A stretch of DNA of 35,863 nucleotides from Dimorphilus gyrociliatus (taxonomy: Eukaryota > Animalia > Annelida), in NCBI GenBank assembly GCA_904063045.1, contig CAJFCJ010000038.1, forward strand, positions 1 to 35,863. The letters run 5' to 3'. Numbering within the stretch: the stretch's first letter is position 1; every line of letters begins with the position of its first letter. The position numbers were made by a program, and so were the translations under genes. This document shows, piece by piece, positions 34,671 to 35,863 of this stretch. The notes beneath the pieces are model-generated. The model searched no databases. It was not told the DNA's origin and worked only from the letters and a program-made list of their open reading frames with translations.

Positions 34671-35855
34671 ATGAAAAATAATTTGGTTAGAATGGCTTTC
34701 AAGAGGGAATGTTTAAATTCCTTAGTGTTGCACATTTTGGCTGCATATCCAATAGTTGCAAATGTTATTTGTCTATTTTGTGGATTCTTTATCAACACAA
34801 ATATGATTTTGGTTGATCAATCAAAAATAGTGACAGAACTGGTGGCTGAACATTATAATAAAACAGATGTTGATGACAATTGTATCAAGTACAAAGATCC
34901 AAAAGGGTAATTAATATAGAGAAATTGAAAGGGTAGGGACATCTGTATTGGATTAAATATTCTCATTTTTTCCAGTGAAATCTTCAAAGATTTGCTTGTT
35001 CTTGCATGTGCTCAGTCGATTGTTTATTTAGAAATTTTTTTTGAGATAAAAACAAAAAAATATTTTCAAATTTCACTAGTTTTTATTAAACTAACAAATT
35101 GTTTAGCAATACCAATAATTATTAAATATTTTCAACAAAAAGACTTAATTCTATGGCTTAGCATTGCTAAATTGTTGTTATGTTTTTTTACTGTAGATCT
35201 AGCATTATTTCTGCTAATAATCTTCACTTCCTTCTTGATTATCCATTTTGGTATGATTTTAGATCGTTGTTTTCAAAGGAGAAAGTTGATATTCTATTGT
35301 CTTTGCCTCTTGAATGGATTAATAATTTTCTGTAAAGTTTTGGCCATGAATATTACTTCAATAAGCCAAACTATTGGACATGACTGCAACGTAACATATA
35401 TTGTAAGCGGTTCAAATATTACAATAACATCTGATCATAAATCATATACAAAAGGATTGAATCTGGCATTTTTCCTTTCATTTTTTGTACCTAACCCCAA
35501 CCGGATGCTTCTTTCATCGATAATAAACGTATTAATTCTATCACTAACATTATCATTACAGTTTTCAATTTACTACATTTTTAAACGTACATGGAAAACG
35601 GCGGAGATTTGTTTAAAAATTGTTTTATCATCACTTGCAGCTTCACTTTGTATCTTTTTTATATTTTATTTCAACTTTAGTTCACTATTTCAACAATCTC
35701 TTACAATTAAAGTCTCTTTTATATGTTTTTATGCATTGCTTCAAGTTATTTTCTTCTCATACCCTCTAATTACTATACATTTTATCACGATTCTTTCCAA
35801 AAAACTGGTACGCCATAAGTATGTTTTTCCTTTTTTTGTTTCCAATTTAACTTAA
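34671..35855 (+). CDS. Orphan rhodopsin-like 7TM receptor, 2 exons, ~370 aa
   Basis: Exon 34671-34906, a 69-bp phase-2 intron (34907-34975), and exon 34976-35855 join in frame. Seven hydrophobic segments, MILDRC at the end of TM3, an ECL2 Cys, and SYPLI in TM7. An extra hydrophobic stretch lies near the N-terminus. Confidence 0.65.
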
Positions 35856-35863
35856 TTTGTTTT

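Overview
AT-rich, CpG-poor eukaryotic DNA with GT-AG introns of about 52-77 bp. It is metazoan and probably lophotrochozoan (inferred from an LDLa-LRR-GPCR relic and TTAGGG motifs); it is not prokaryotic. The main host gene is a 10+ exon minus-strand gene (17998->12008, crossing an 809-N gap). It encodes a probably secreted ~1,550-1,800 aa protein made almost entirely of furin-like CxxC repeats. A degenerate paralog lies at 27.0-28.0 kb, and all three of its in-frame stops are TGA at cysteine positions. Other host-like genes are a PAN/apple-domain gene, an Ig-domain gene, an orphan 7TM GPCR, and relics of GRL101-type and RI-type LRR receptors. The rest is nested transposon debris. Two copies of one Ty3/gypsy LTR-PBS-gag sit in inverted orientation (1-~890 and 8044-8902). 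An intron-containing PHD-FLYWCH-MULE transposase pseudogene carries a solo LTR with a perfect 5-bp TSD, and a second MULE fragment lies at 22.9-23.7 kb. Four Mutator-type MITEs are present; three carry TTAGGG-rich interiors and share the MULE terminal motif. Two dispersed LTR-like families and a BEL/Pao relic also occur. All calls were made by eye from sequence and motif knowledge; no database searches were run.
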